Assembly (NCBI GenBank): GCA_963744095.1
Contig: CAVUSH010000003.1
Coordinates: 625,334-689,333, forward strand
Length of the DNA stretch: 64,000 bases
Direction of reading: 5' to 3'
DNA from: an uncultured Chloroflexia bacterium
GTDB taxonomy: Bacteria > Chloroflexota > Limnocylindria > Limnocylindrales > CSP1-4
How positions within the stretch are numbered: the first letter of the stretch is position 1; every line of letters begins with the position of its first letter. This document shows positions 49,127 to 59,000 of the stretch, piece after piece. The translations under genes were made by a program, and so were the position numbers. The notes under the pieces are model-generated. The model was not told the origin of the DNA, did not search any database, and worked only from the letters and a program-made list of their open reading frames with translations.

Positions 49127-51193
49127 ATGGCCGATCGTCCGGGCCGGAGGGCCCGGCCCTCCGCCATCGTGGCCGCGGTGGGCCTGGCGGCCGTCGTGGC
49201 CGGGAGCGCCCTGGCGGGGGCTGCGCCGACTGTCCCGGCGCGCCCGGTCCATCCGGCGGCCCTGCCGGCAGGCTCCGTCGAGACGCCCGGCCTGACCGAG
49301 CTGGTCTCGACCCCCCAGGTCCCCGACGGGGCGCTGGGGGCGACCCCCGCCGCGGCGCTCAACGACACCTTCGGCGCCCCGACGATCTCGTCCAGCGGGC
49401 GGTATGTCGTCTTCCTCCAGGCAGCGGACGGTGGGCGCGGGAACCAGCTCATGCTCCGCGACCGGACGGCCCAGACCACGACGCTGCTTGACGCATCCGA
49501 CGCGAATGGGCCTCTGCGCCAACCCACCATCTCCGCCGATGGGCGCTGGGTCGCCTACGTCAGGCCCGAGGACGGGCCCACCACCGTCGTCCTGGTGGAG
49601 GTCGCGACCGGCAGCCACACGGTCGTGCCCCAGCCACCCGGCCGCAACCGCAACCCTGACCAGCCGGCGCTCAGCCGCGACGGGCGCTTCCTCGCCGTTC
49701 GGACCGAGGTCCTGAAAGGGTCCGAGATCCTGGTCCTGGACCGCACGAGCGCGGCCTGGGAGACGATCTCGGTCGACGTGGACGGGCAGCCGACGGCGCT
49801 CTCCAGCACTCTCGCCGCCCAGCCGGCCATCTCGTGGGACGGCCGCTTCGTCGCCTTCACCGCCGTCGCCACCTTCGCCCGGCTTGTCGTCACGCCCAGG
49901 CCGAGCAACGACTACCGGCAGGTCTTCCTGCGCGACCGCCGGGCGGGAACCACGACCCTGATCTCCGTCGGCCCGGCCGGCACGCAGGGACTCGGCCCCT
50001 CGCTGACGCCCGCGATCAGCGGCAACGGCGCGGTTGTCGCCTTCGCCAGCGCCGCGAGCGACCTCGTGGCCGACGACGCAAACCAGCAGATCGACGTCTT
50101 CGCCTGGTCGAGCTCGACGGGTGGCGTGGAGATCGTCTCGCGCTCCACGGCCGGCGCCGCGGGAAACGCCGCGAGCGGCGTGCCCGCGGTGAACGGCGAC
50201 GGGGCGCAGGTGGCATTCGCGTCCGCCGCGACGACGCTCGTCCCCGGCGACACGACCGCGGGTCCCCCCGGCACGGCCCGAATCGCCGCCAACAACCCGT
50301 TCGCGATCGCCGGCGACATCTTCGTCCGCGATCGCGGCGCAGCCCGGACGTCCCGCCTCTCGGTCGGCCGCGACAACGAGAGCGAGGCGAACGGGCCCAG
50401 CACCTATCCGTCGATCTCCACGACCGGGCGCTACGTCGCCTTCACGTCGGCGGCCGACAACCTCGTCGCGAGCGAGGCGAACAAGGCGAGCGACGTCTTC
50501 GTGCGCGACCGACCGCCCCGCGTCGAGGCGGGACCGGACCCGGTCGACTTCGGCTCCGCCCCCATCGGGTCGCTGGGGACGACGCGGCCGGCCACGATTC
50601 GCAGCACGGGCATCGTCCCGGCCCGTATCGGGGCGATCACGATCGGCGGCGCCAACGCGTCCGACTTCGTCGTGGCAGCGAACCCCTGCTCCGACCGCAC
50701 GCTTCCCCCGGGCGCCACGTGCGAGCTCCAGGTGCTCTTCGTCGGGACGGCGAAGGGCGATCGGGAGGCGACACTGCAGATCGCCAACGACGCGGGCAGC
50801 CCGGTGGTCCTGCGCCTCGTCGGCCAGGTCGGAATCCCGAAGCTGAGCGTGAATCCGAAGAGCGGGCCTCCGGGCCTGGTGGTGATCGCGACCGGCTCCG
50901 GCTTCCCGCCGAACGCCCCGATCGCGCTGCGCTGGTCCGTGGGCACCACCGCGACGCCCCTCGCACCGGTGGTCTCCGACGCCACCGGCGCCTTCAGGGC
51001 CCAGGTGCTCATCCTGCCGCGCGACCGCGTCGGCAAGCGGAATCTTCGCGCCCTCGCCTCCGTGCCGGGCCTGGTGGTGGACCCGGTGGTGGCCGCGTTC
51101 CTCGTCGTTCCATCGACGGCCGAGCCGCCGATCAGCGGCCTCGTGCAGATCTTCGCGGCAACGCCGGGCGAGCCGATCATCCTGCGCCACTGA
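49127..51193 (+). CDS. Secreted TolB/PD40-like beta-propeller with choice-of-anchor-D/Ig-like domains
   Basis: Signal peptide, repeated P.IS.DGR.VAF.S.A.NLV..D.N...DVF.RDR blades, DFG...SDF....C...L.PG..C. Confidence 0.82.
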   Translation: MADRPGRRARPSAIVAAVGLAAVVAGSALAGAAPTVPARPVHPAALPAGSVETPGLTELVSTPQVPDGALGATPAAALNDTFGAPTISSSGRYVVFLQAADGGRGNQLMLRDRTAQTTTLLDASDANGPLRQPTISADGRWVAYVRPEDGPTTVVLVEVATGSHTVVPQPPGRNRNPDQPALSRDGRFLAVRTEVLKGSEILVLDRTSAAWETISVDVDGQPTALSSTLAAQPAISWDGRFVAFTAVATFARLVVTPRPSNDYRQVFLRDRRAGTTTLISVGPAGTQGLGPSLTPAISGNGAVVAFASAASDLVADDANQQIDVFAWSSSTGGVEIVSRSTAGAAGNAASGVPAVNGDGAQVAFASAATTLVPGDTTAGPPGTARIAANNPFAIAGDIFVRDRGAARTSRLSVGRDNESEANGPSTYPSISTTGRYVAFTSAADNLVASEANKASDVFVRDRPPRVEAGPDPVDFGSAPIGSLGTTRPATIRSTGIVPARIGAITIGGANASDFVVAANPCSDRTLPPGATCELQVLFVGTAKGDREATLQIANDAGSPVVLRLVGQVGIPKLSVNPKSGPPGLVVIATGSGFPPNAPIALRWSVGTTATPLAPVVSDATGAFRAQVLILPRDRVGKRNLRALASVPGLVVDPVVAAFLVVPSTAEPPISGLVQIFAATPGEPIILRH

Positions 51194-51235
51194 TCCCTGC
51201 CCCGCCCGGCCTGCGTGGGCTACGATCGGGGCGAC

Positions 51236-52439
51236 ATGACCACCTGCGCGAAATGCGGAACGGCGAACGTCGCGGGAGACGCCTTCTGCGGCAATTGCGG
51301 CGCCTTCCTCGAGTTCGCCGCCGAAGAGGCCGCCGAGGACGCGCAGGTCGCGGTCCCCGCGGATCCGGCGGAGCCGCCGGCAGCGGCCGCCGGACCGACG
51401 ATTCCCACGCCTCCGGCCGCCGTCGCAGCCGAGTCGACCGGCCCCACCTGTTTCGCCTGCGGGCGCGTCAACCCGGCCGGTCGGCGCTTCTGCATCTCCT
51501 GTGGCGAGCGCCTGCCGGCGGCGTCAGCGTCGGTTGGGCCCGGCCGGGCATCGGGATCGGAGACGGCGCCAGGCGCCGCCCGCGGCGGAGCCACCGCCCG
51601 CCGCCGGCCCGGCGAAGCCGGCCTGGGAATTCCCCACTGCTCCGGTCGCCGCCGCTTCGGCCGTGGTGGCGCCCGAAGCCCCAGCGCCGCCGGTCGCCTC
51701 GTCCGGCGGCGGCTCGCGCCTTCCGCTGATCGGGGCGACCCTCGTCGTCCTCGCGCTCCTGGCCGGCGGGGCCGTCATCGTCCTCGGGGGCGGCACGGGC
51801 GCCGGCACTGCCGGGACGCCCGCGAGCCCGCCCCCATCGAGCGCCCTCGCCTCGGCGACCCCGGGCGCGGAGCAGAGCGCCGAGCCGACGGCACCCCCGG
51901 GGACGCCCGCCGCGACCGAGGCGCCGACCAGCCCGCCGGAGCCGACGGCACCTGCAGCCACGGTCCCCCCGGGCCCATCGGTCGGCATTGCGATCACGGC
52001 GGCGAAGGCCTCCAGCCAGCTGGCGGCCAACCGGGCCCCGAAATACCTCTACGACGGATCGCCGGTGACGGCCTGGAAGAGCAAGACGGGCAAGCTGGAC
52101 GGCTCCTGGGTCGAGGTCACCTTCGCCGCCGCGGCCGTCACCAAGATCCAGGTCTGGGCGGGCTGGCAACGGAACGAGCCGCTCTTCTACGGCAACCACC
52201 GGCCCCGGAACGTGACGGTCGCCTTCGACGGCGGCGTGCCGGTCCCCCTCGAGCTCAAGGACGCCCTCGGCGCCCAGGGCGTGGCCATTCCGCCCGAGCT
52301 GGGGATCGTCGGCGCAACGCGTCTGCGCATCACGATCATCGACACCTACCCATCACGGAAGACCTCCGCCGGCGGGAGCCCCTCGAAGGAGGTCGCGATC
52401 AGCGAGATCCGCATCTTCGGCGTCCCGGTCGTGCCGTGA
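51236..52439 (+). CDS. CisA-like adaptor 2: double zinc ribbon, TM, NADase-type/discoidin-like glycan-binding domain (frameshift near 51572)
   Basis: CAKC..N..FCGNCG.FLE and CFAC..FCISC. TM. ASS...DG...TAW...N.RPR...LKD..G.Q...ISEI.IFG. Confidence 0.8.
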
Positions 52440-52479
52440 TGGTCGACGCATCCGCCGCGGGACCGGGCGAGGAGAGGGC

Positions 52480-55400
52480 GTGATTCACCAGGTCCGCGAG
52501 CTCCACGTCCGGCGGGAGGCGCGGGAGCGCTATCACCTGGCGGACGCGCTCTTCACCCTGTCGGGCAACGCCATCCTGCCGAACCTGCGGGCCGTCCGCG
52601 CCCTCGCCGCCACCATGACGGCCGAGCGGCGCGCCGCGGGATCCGTGGACCCGGTGGTCGCCCCAGGCTCGCTCAACGCGATGGGGCTCATCGACGAGAT
52701 CCTCCACGCGGTCGTGGCGGTCTACCGCGAGCACGAGGATCCCGAAGCCGTGGACGACGCCCTCGATCATCTCGACGAGGTGCTCGGGACCGCTGTCGTC
52801 GACGAGGTCCTCCGGCGGTTCACGGCCGACTTCCCGCCCCTGGCGGTCCACCACGGCGAGCTGACGCCCGAGGCCTACCTCGCCGGAGAGACGGCCGGCA
52901 CCCCGAACCGCGAGGTGACGCTCGAGGAGCTGGCCGCCTGCTGGCTGGAGAACGCCAACCCAGCATTCGCCCCCTTCCGGGACCTGTTCGACGACCGCGA
53001 CCTGGCGGCGGAGACCGCGTACCGCGCCGTGATCGAGGAGCTGGGGCGTTTCTTCGCCGGCCGGTCCTTGTTCGGGCCGGACCAGCAGGACCTCCTCACG
53101 ATGCTGCGGGCCCCGGCCCTGGCCGAGCCCGGCTCCCTCGCCGGGCAGCTCCGCTGGATCCGGGCGCGCTGGGGCAGCTTCCTGGCGGCCTACCTGGGCG
53201 AACGGTTCGGCGCGCTGCTGGACCGGCTCGTGACCGGCCTCGACGTGGCGGCGGAGGAGGAGCGCGCCCTCTGGATGCGCCACCACCCGGGCCCGGGCGG
53301 CGGTGGAGGGGCCGGCCGCGCCCCTTCGTACGGAGGCCTCGACGCCGAGCCCGAGCGCTTCTCGGAGGACCGCGACTGGATGCCGCGCGTCGTGCTCATG
53401 GCCAAGAGCACGTACGTCTGGCTCGACCAGCTGAGCCGCACCTACGGCCGGGAGATCCGCCGCCTCGACCAGGTTCCCGACGAGGAGCTGGACCGCCTGG
53501 CCCGGTGGGGGTTCACCGGCCTCTGGCTGATCGGCCTCTGGGAGCGGAGCGCGGCCAGCCAGCGGATCAAGCAGCTGCGCGGCAACCCCGACGCGGTTGC
53601 CTCCGCCTACTCGCTACGGGATTACGCGATCGCCGAGGACCTCGGCGGCGAGGGCGCCTGGGCGGTCCTGCGCGACCGCGCCTGGGCCCGCGGAATCCGC
53701 CTGGCGTCCGACATGGTCCCCAACCACATGGGAATCGATTCGCGCTGGGTCATGGAGCAGCCCGACTGGTTCCTCTCCCGACCCGACAGCCCGTACCCCG
53801 GCTACACCTTCGGCGGAGCGGACCTCTCGAACGACGAGCGGGTCGGAATCCAGATCGAGGACCACTACTGGGATTCGACGGACGCGGCGGTCGTCTTCCG
53901 GCGCGAGGATCGCTGGACCGGCGACGTCCGCTACGTCTACCACGGCAACGATGGCACGAGCATGCCCTGGAACGACACGGCCCAGCTGGACTACCTGAAG
54001 CCCGAGGTCCGCGAGGCGGTCATCCAGGCGATCCTTGCCGTCGCCCGGCGCTTCCCGATCATCCGCTTCGATGCCGCGATGACCCTGGCCAAGAAACACG
54101 TCGCCCGCCTCTGGTACCCGGAGCCCGGGCAGGGTGGGGCGATCCCCTCGCGGGCCGAATCGGCCATGTCCAGGGAGGCCTTCGACGCCGCCATCCCCGA
54201 GGAGTTCTGGCGGGAGGTCGTGGACCGGGTCGCGACCGAGGTGCCCGACACGCTCCTCCTGGCCGAGGCCTTCTGGCTGATGGAGGGCTACTTCGTCCGC
54301 ACCCTCGGCATGCACCGGGTCTACAACAGCGCCTTCATGCACATGCTCCGCGACGAGAAGAACGCGGAGTACCGGCTCCTGGTCAAGAACACCCTGGAGT
54401 TCGACCCCGAGATCCTCAAGCGCTACGTCAACTTCATGAACAACCCGGACGAGAAGACGTCCATCGAGCAGTTCGGGACCGGCGACAAGTACTTCGGGAT
54501 CGCGACCGTCCTGGCGACCATGCCGGGCCTGCCGATGTTCGGGCACGGCCAGGTCGAGGGGTTCGCCGAGAAGTACGGGATGGAGTTCCGGCGCGCCTAC
54601 TGGGACGAGCGCCCCAACGACGGCCTGGTGGCCCGCCACGAGTGGCAGCTCTTCCCCCTCCTCCATCGCCGGCGCGCCTTCGCCGAGGTCCGCGACTTCC
54701 GGTTCTACGACGTCGTGGACGACGCCGGCCACGTCAACGAGGACGTCTTCGCCTACTCGAACCGGAGCGGCGGCGAGCGGACCCTCGTCGTCTACCACAA
54801 CCGGTTCGCCTCGATGCGCGGGCGGGTCCGCGATTCCGTCGCCTTCGCGGTCAAGGACGAGGCGGGGGCGAAGCATCTCGGGCGGTCCTCCCTCGCGGAG
54901 GGCCTCGGCCTGTCCGGGGACCCGGGGGCGGTCGTCCTCTTCCGCGACACCCTCGACGGGATGGAGTACATCCGGGAGACGGGCGAGCTGCGCGACCGGG
55001 GCCTCCGGGTGGAGCTCGAGGCCTACGCGGCGCGCGTCCTCCTCGACTGGCGCGAGATCGGCGGCGAGGCCGCCGCGGAGTACCGGGCCCTGGCCAGTGA
55101 TCTCGGCGGGGCCGGGGTTCCCAGCGTCGAAGCGGCCCTCGCCGAGCGGCGCCTCCGGCCGCTCCACGACGCGGTCGCCATCCTCGTGAACGACGGCCTC
55201 GTCCGCGACGTCACCGAGGCGCTCGCGGCGCACCTGGCGGCCGCGGCCCGGGCGGCGACGGCGCCGGCGGCTCCTCGGCGACGCACGCCTCCGCCCGTGC
55301 GCCCGCCGACCGGCGACGCCAGCCGGGACGCCACCGCGCCGACCGCCGCGGGGATCCCGGCGCCGCCGCCGGACCTCGACCTCCTCGTCGACACGTGGCA

Positions 55401-56124
55401 GGCACGGACCCTCGACGCCCTGCGGGCGATCCGCGCCGTTACCCGCCCCGCCGTCCCGGACCGCGACCTCGAGGAGGAGGCCGCCAGGTTCGGCGCGCGC
55501 CTCCGAGCTGCGCTCGCTGCGGCCCTCGCTGGGCCGGCGTCCGACCTCGCCTCCGGCGCCCCGCGCGCCTTCGTCGCGGCCGCCCTGCCGCCGGACACGG
55601 CAACCTGGGGCGCGCTCCTGGGCTGGCTCGCGGCCGACGCGATCGCGGCCGTGCTCGAGCCGGACCCGGATGCCCGCGTGGCTCGCGGCTGGTTCGATCG
55701 GGCCCGCCTCGGCCGCGTCTTCGCCGATGCCTACCGTTGGCGCGGGCTGGACGAGAGCGCGGCGTGGTGGACCGTCGAGACGGTGCGTCACCTCGTCGCC
55801 CGTCCCGGCGCGGCGGCGCTCGCGGCCCCGCCGGCCGAACGGGCCGCGCGGCTGGTCCGGGCCTGGTTCGCCGATGACGACCTGGGGCGCTGGCTCGGCG
55901 TCAACCGCCACGAGGGGATCGCCTACCTCAACCGTGAGTCGTTCGAGGCGGCGCTGCGCTGGATGGTCGTCCTCGTCGCCGTGGGCGGCGGGGCGGGGGC
56001 CGGCGAGGATCGCGGCATCGAGCCGCAGCTTGCCGGCGCCCACGAGCTCGCGCTGCGCCTCGCCTCCGACGCCGAGGCCGCCGGCTACGAGGTCGGACGG
56101 CTCGTGGAGCGGGCCACGGCCTGA
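52480..56124 (+). CDS. Large GH13 alpha-amylase-family protein
   Basis: DMVPNH, IRFDAAM (nucleophile), LAEAFW (acid/base), NNPDE. Long N- and C-terminal extensions. Confidence 0.88.
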   Translation: MIHQVRELHVRREARERYHLADALFTLSGNAILPNLRAVRALAATMTAERRAAGSVDPVVAPGSLNAMGLIDEILHAVVAVYREHEDPEAVDDALDHLDEVLGTAVVDEVLRRFTADFPPLAVHHGELTPEAYLAGETAGTPNREVTLEELAACWLENANPAFAPFRDLFDDRDLAAETAYRAVIEELGRFFAGRSLFGPDQQDLLTMLRAPALAEPGSLAGQLRWIRARWGSFLAAYLGERFGALLDRLVTGLDVAAEEERALWMRHHPGPGGGGGAGRAPSYGGLDAEPERFSEDRDWMPRVVLMAKSTYVWLDQLSRTYGREIRRLDQVPDEELDRLARWGFTGLWLIGLWERSAASQRIKQLRGNPDAVASAYSLRDYAIAEDLGGEGAWAVLRDRAWARGIRLASDMVPNHMGIDSRWVMEQPDWFLSRPDSPYPGYTFGGADLSNDERVGIQIEDHYWDSTDAAVVFRREDRWTGDVRYVYHGNDGTSMPWNDTAQLDYLKPEVREAVIQAILAVARRFPIIRFDAAMTLAKKHVARLWYPEPGQGGAIPSRAESAMSREAFDAAIPEEFWREVVDRVATEVPDTLLLAEAFWLMEGYFVRTLGMHRVYNSAFMHMLRDEKNAEYRLLVKNTLEFDPEILKRYVNFMNNPDEKTSIEQFGTGDKYFGIATVLATMPGLPMFGHGQVEGFAEKYGMEFRRAYWDERPNDGLVARHEWQLFPLLHRRRAFAEVRDFRFYDVVDDAGHVNEDVFAYSNRSGGERTLVVYHNRFASMRGRVRDSVAFAVKDEAGAKHLGRSSLAEGLGLSGDPGAVVLFRDTLDGMEYIRETGELRDRGLRVELEAYAARVLLDWREIGGEAAAEYRALASDLGGAGVPSVEAALAERRLRPLHDAVAILVNDGLVRDVTEALAAHLAAAARAATAPAAPRRRTPPPVRPPTGDASRDATAPTAAGIPAPPPDLDLLVDTWQARTLDALRAIRAVTRPAVPDRDLEEEAARFGARLRAALAAALAGPASDLASGAPRAFVAAALPPDTATWGALLGWLAADAIAAVLEPDPDARVARGWFDRARLGRVFADAYRWRGLDESAAWWTVETVRHLVARPGAAALAAPPAERAARLVRAWFADDDLGRWLGVNRHEGIAYLNRESFEAALRWMVVLVAVGGGAGAGEDRGIEPQLAGAHELALRLASDAEAAGYEVGRLVERATA

Positions 56125-56169
56125 GGAACTGCCGGCGCGTCCGCCCGCGGCGCCGGTATCCTGCCGGCC

Positions 56170-57069
56170 ATGACCCGCGAGCCCTCGCCGTCCTCGGCCC
56201 CATCGCCGCTCCCCGCCTTCGGAGCCCAGTCGATGACGGCACCGTTGCGCGACGCCCTCGTCCAGCGACCCGGCGCGGCATTCGGGGCGGGCTTCGACGA
56301 CCGGGCCCACGGCTTCCTCCACCCGGTCGACCTGGACCTGGCCCGGCGCGAACACGACGCCTTCACCGACCTCCTGGCGCGCCTCGGCGTGCGGGTCCAC
56401 GAGCTGGGGGCGATCGACACGCCGCACCCCGACCTCGTCTACACCTTCGACCCGCTCCTCGTCACCGACCGCGGGTCGATCGTCCTCCGCTCCGGCAAGC
56501 CGACGCGGCGGGGTGAGGAGGTCGAGATCGAGGCCTGGCTGATCGCACGCGGCGTCCCGACCCGCGGGCGGATCGCGTCGCCCGGCACCGTCGACGGGGG
56601 CGACACGTTCTGGCTCCGGCCCGACCTCCTCTGCGTCGGCCGGACGCTCCGGACCAACAGCGACGGTCTCCGCCAGCTGGCAGGCCTCGTCGGCGGCGAT
56701 GTGCGCGTCTTCGACCTCCCGTTCTGGCGCGGCGCTGCGGAGCTGGTCCACCTCCTCTCGGTGGTCTCGCCGGTCGCCGACGACCTCGCCGTCGTCTTCC
56801 CGCGGCTCCTGCCGGTCGGGCTGTGGGAGCTGCTGGGCGACCTCGGGATCCGGACCGTGCCGGTGCCCGACGAGGAGTTCGCGACGCTCGGCTGCAACGT
56901 CCTGGCCGTGCGGCCCGGGGTCTGCGTCGTCGCGGACGGGAATCCGGGCACCCGCCGCGCCCTCGAAGCCGCCGGGTGCGAGGTCCACCCATATCCCGCG
57001 CTCGAGATCGGGATCAACGGCTCGGGCGGGCCCACCTGCCTCACCCGGCCGCTCCTCCGGCGCGCGTGA
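56170..57069 (+). CDS. Amidinotransferase/dimethylarginine dimethylaminohydrolase (pentein) family
   Basis: [26 protein letters not shown] catalytic Cys. Confidence 0.88.
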   Translation: MTREPSPSSAPSPLPAFGAQSMTAPLRDALVQRPGAAFGAGFDDRAHGFLHPVDLDLARREHDAFTDLLARLGVRVHELGAIDTPHPDLVYTFDPLLVTDRGSIVLRSGKPTRRGEEVEIEAWLIARGVPTRGRIASPGTVDGGDTFWLRPDLLCVGRTLRTNSDGLRQLAGLVGGDVRVFDLPFWRGAAELVHLLSVVSPVADDLAVVFPRLLPVGLWELLGDLGIRTVPVPDEEFATLGCNVLAVRPGVCVVADGNPGTRRALEAAGCEVHPYPALEIGINGSGGPTCLTRPLLRRA

Positions 57070-58367
57070 GCGGCCGAATGGCGCGGGCCGTCCCCGACGC
57101 GGTCGCCGCGCGCGCGGCCCGCGCAGTCGCGGCAGTGGACCCGGCCGCCCTGCAGTCACACCTCCTCGACCTCATCGCGATCCCGTCCGTCACGGGGGAC
57201 GAGACAGCGGCTCGGGACGCCGTCGCGGGGCTGATGGCGGGCGCCGGCCTGGAGGTCCGCTCGTGGGACGCCGATCCCGTCGCCCTCGCCCGCGACCCCG
57301 ACCACCCGGGCTCGGAGATGCCGCGCACCAGCCTGCCGCTCGCCGCGGGCACCCTGCGCGGCGCCCGGCCGGGCCGGCGGCTGTTGATCGCAGGGCACAC
57401 GGACGTCGTCCCGCCCGGCGATCGCGCCGCCTGGTCGCTGGATCCGTTCCGCCCCGAGGTCCGCGACGGCCGCGTCTACGGACGCGGCGCCTGCGACATG
57501 AAGGGCGGCCTCGTCGCCGCGCTGGCGGCCCTGACGGCGGTCCGGGCGGCCGTCGATCCGGCCGACCTCGCCGGGGAGGTCGTCGTCCTGGCCGTCCCGT
57601 CCGAGGAGGACGGCGGAGCCGGGATGCTCGCCGCGATCCGGGCCGGGTTCGTCGCCGATGCCGCCGTGATCACGGAGCCGACGCGCCTGGAGATCGTGAC
57701 GGTCCAGGCCGGCGCGATCACGTTCCGCCTGGCCGTCCCGGGGCGCGCCGCCCACGCCTCCGTGCGCCTGGAGGGCGTCTCGGCGCTGGAGAAGCTCGAG
57801 GTGCTGCACGCCGCCCTTCGCGCCGACGAGGCCGCCCGCAACGCCACCGAGACCCGCCCGGAGATGCGGGCGCTCGGCCTCCCGTACCCCACCATCATCG
57901 GCACGGTCCACGGCGGCGACTGGGCCAGCACCGTGCCGGACCTGGTGATCGCCGAGGGACGCTACGGGGTTCGGGCCGGGCAGATCGCCGAGGGGGCCGC
58001 CGATGAGCTGCGGGCCGTCGTCGCGGCCGCCTGCGCCGCGGATCCGTGGCTGCGCACGCATCCGGCCGTGCTCACCTTCACCGGCGGGCGCTTCTCCTCG
58101 GCCGAGATCCCGGTCGACCACCCCCTGCCCCTCGGCCTGGCCGCGGCCGCCGAGGGCGTGCTCGGGCGGCGACCCCCGTTCGTTGGCGTGCCGTACGGGG
58201 CCGACATGCGACTCCTCGTGCGCCAGGGCGCCACGCCCACGGTGATGTTCGGGCCGGGCGACGTCCGCGACGCCCACGCGGCCGACGAGCACGTCGCGCT
58301 CGACGAGGTGGTCGCCTGCGCCCGCGTCCTGGCGGCGTGGGTCGTCCGCGAGCTGGCGCCGGCCTGA
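57066..58367 (+). CDS. M20 ArgE/DapE-family deacylase
   Basis: [29 protein letters not shown]....AH..DE. Confidence 0.92.
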   Translation: MSGRMARAVPDAVAARAARAVAAVDPAALQSHLLDLIAIPSVTGDETAARDAVAGLMAGAGLEVRSWDADPVALARDPDHPGSEMPRTSLPLAAGTLRGARPGRRLLIAGHTDVVPPGDRAAWSLDPFRPEVRDGRVYGRGACDMKGGLVAALAALTAVRAAVDPADLAGEVVVLAVPSEEDGGAGMLAAIRAGFVADAAVITEPTRLEIVTVQAGAITFRLAVPGRAAHASVRLEGVSALEKLEVLHAALRADEAARNATETRPEMRALGLPYPTIIGTVHGGDWASTVPDLVIAEGRYGVRAGQIAEGAADELRAVVAAACAADPWLRTHPAVLTFTGGRFSSAEIPVDHPLPLGLAAAAEGVLGRRPPFVGVPYGADMRLLVRQGATPTVMFGPGDVRDAHAADEHVALDEVVACARVLAAWVVRELAPA

Positions 58368-58409
58368 CGCCGGGCGGATCCCGGGGCGCCGCTGCCGGCC
58401 CGCGGGCCG

Positions 58410-58874
58410 CTACTTGCGGCCGTGCTTCTTCTTGCGCTTCTTGCCTCCGCCCTTGCCGCCCACGTCGCCGACTGCGGAGGGGGCGGGGGCCGGAGCGGGA
58501 GCGACGGCGGAGGGAGCGGGGGCCGGAGCGGGAGCGGCGGCCGGCGCAGGCGCCGGCGCGGGCGCGGCGGGTCGGGCGGCGACCACCACCGCGGATTCGT
58601 CCAGCCCCCACATCGCGTCCAGCCGGCCCTGCAGGCGGACGAGCCCGATGGGATCCAGGCGGTAGTAGCGGCGCGTTCCCTGCGGCCGCTCGAGGACGAG
58701 GCCGGCCGCCTTCAGCACTCCCAGGTGCTGGGAGACTGCCGGCCGGCTGACGGGGAGGTCCGCGGCCAGGTCGCCGACGGTCCGCTCGCCGTCGCGGAGG
58801 CCCTCCACGATGGCGCGGCGCGTGGCGTCGCCGAGGGCTTCGAAGGGATCACTCGGGTCTCGGTAAGCGTTCAC
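58410..58874 (-). CDS. ArsR/SmtB-family regulator with Ala/Pro linker and Lys-rich tail
   Basis: F.ALGD.TRR.I, VSRPAVSQHL.VL..AGLV, GTRRYY. Tail GKGGGKKRKKKHGRK. Confidence 0.88.
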   Translation of the reverse strand: MNAYRDPSDPFEALGDATRRAIVEGLRDGERTVGDLAADLPVSRPAVSQHLGVLKAAGLVLERPQGTRRYYRLDPIGLVRLQGRLDAMWGLDESAVVVAARPAAPAPAPAPAAAPAPAPAPSAVAPAPAPAPSAVGDVGGKGGGKKRKKKHGRK

Positions 58875-58910
58875 GAACGGTAATCTGCCGCGTGGCGGCG
58901 ATGATGTCAA
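58868..58910 (-). promoter_or_regulatory. Leaderless sigma70 promoter and candidate autoregulatory operator of arsR
   Basis: TTGACA (58910-58905)-17 bp-CAGATT-7 nt-GTG. Palindrome cgttc-ac-gaacg (58868-58879) over the start codon. Confidence 0.6.
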
Positions 58911-59000
58911 GTCCCGCCTCACGTCCGCGGTCCGTTCGGCCCTCACGCTCGGGCCGTTGAACCCCGTCACGGACCCCCGGCGCGCACCTATGCTGCGCGC

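Noticed and set aside
47813-51193. 1126-aa ORF
   Set aside because: The first 438 codons shadow the real 47838-49121 gene. The true start is 49127.
53614-57159. Long antisense and alternate-frame ORFs here and throughout (e.g. 3020-5329, 5474-7522, 42050-45007)
   Set aside because: Expected in very high-GC DNA. Arg/Pro/Gly-rich translations with no motifs, opposite clear genes.
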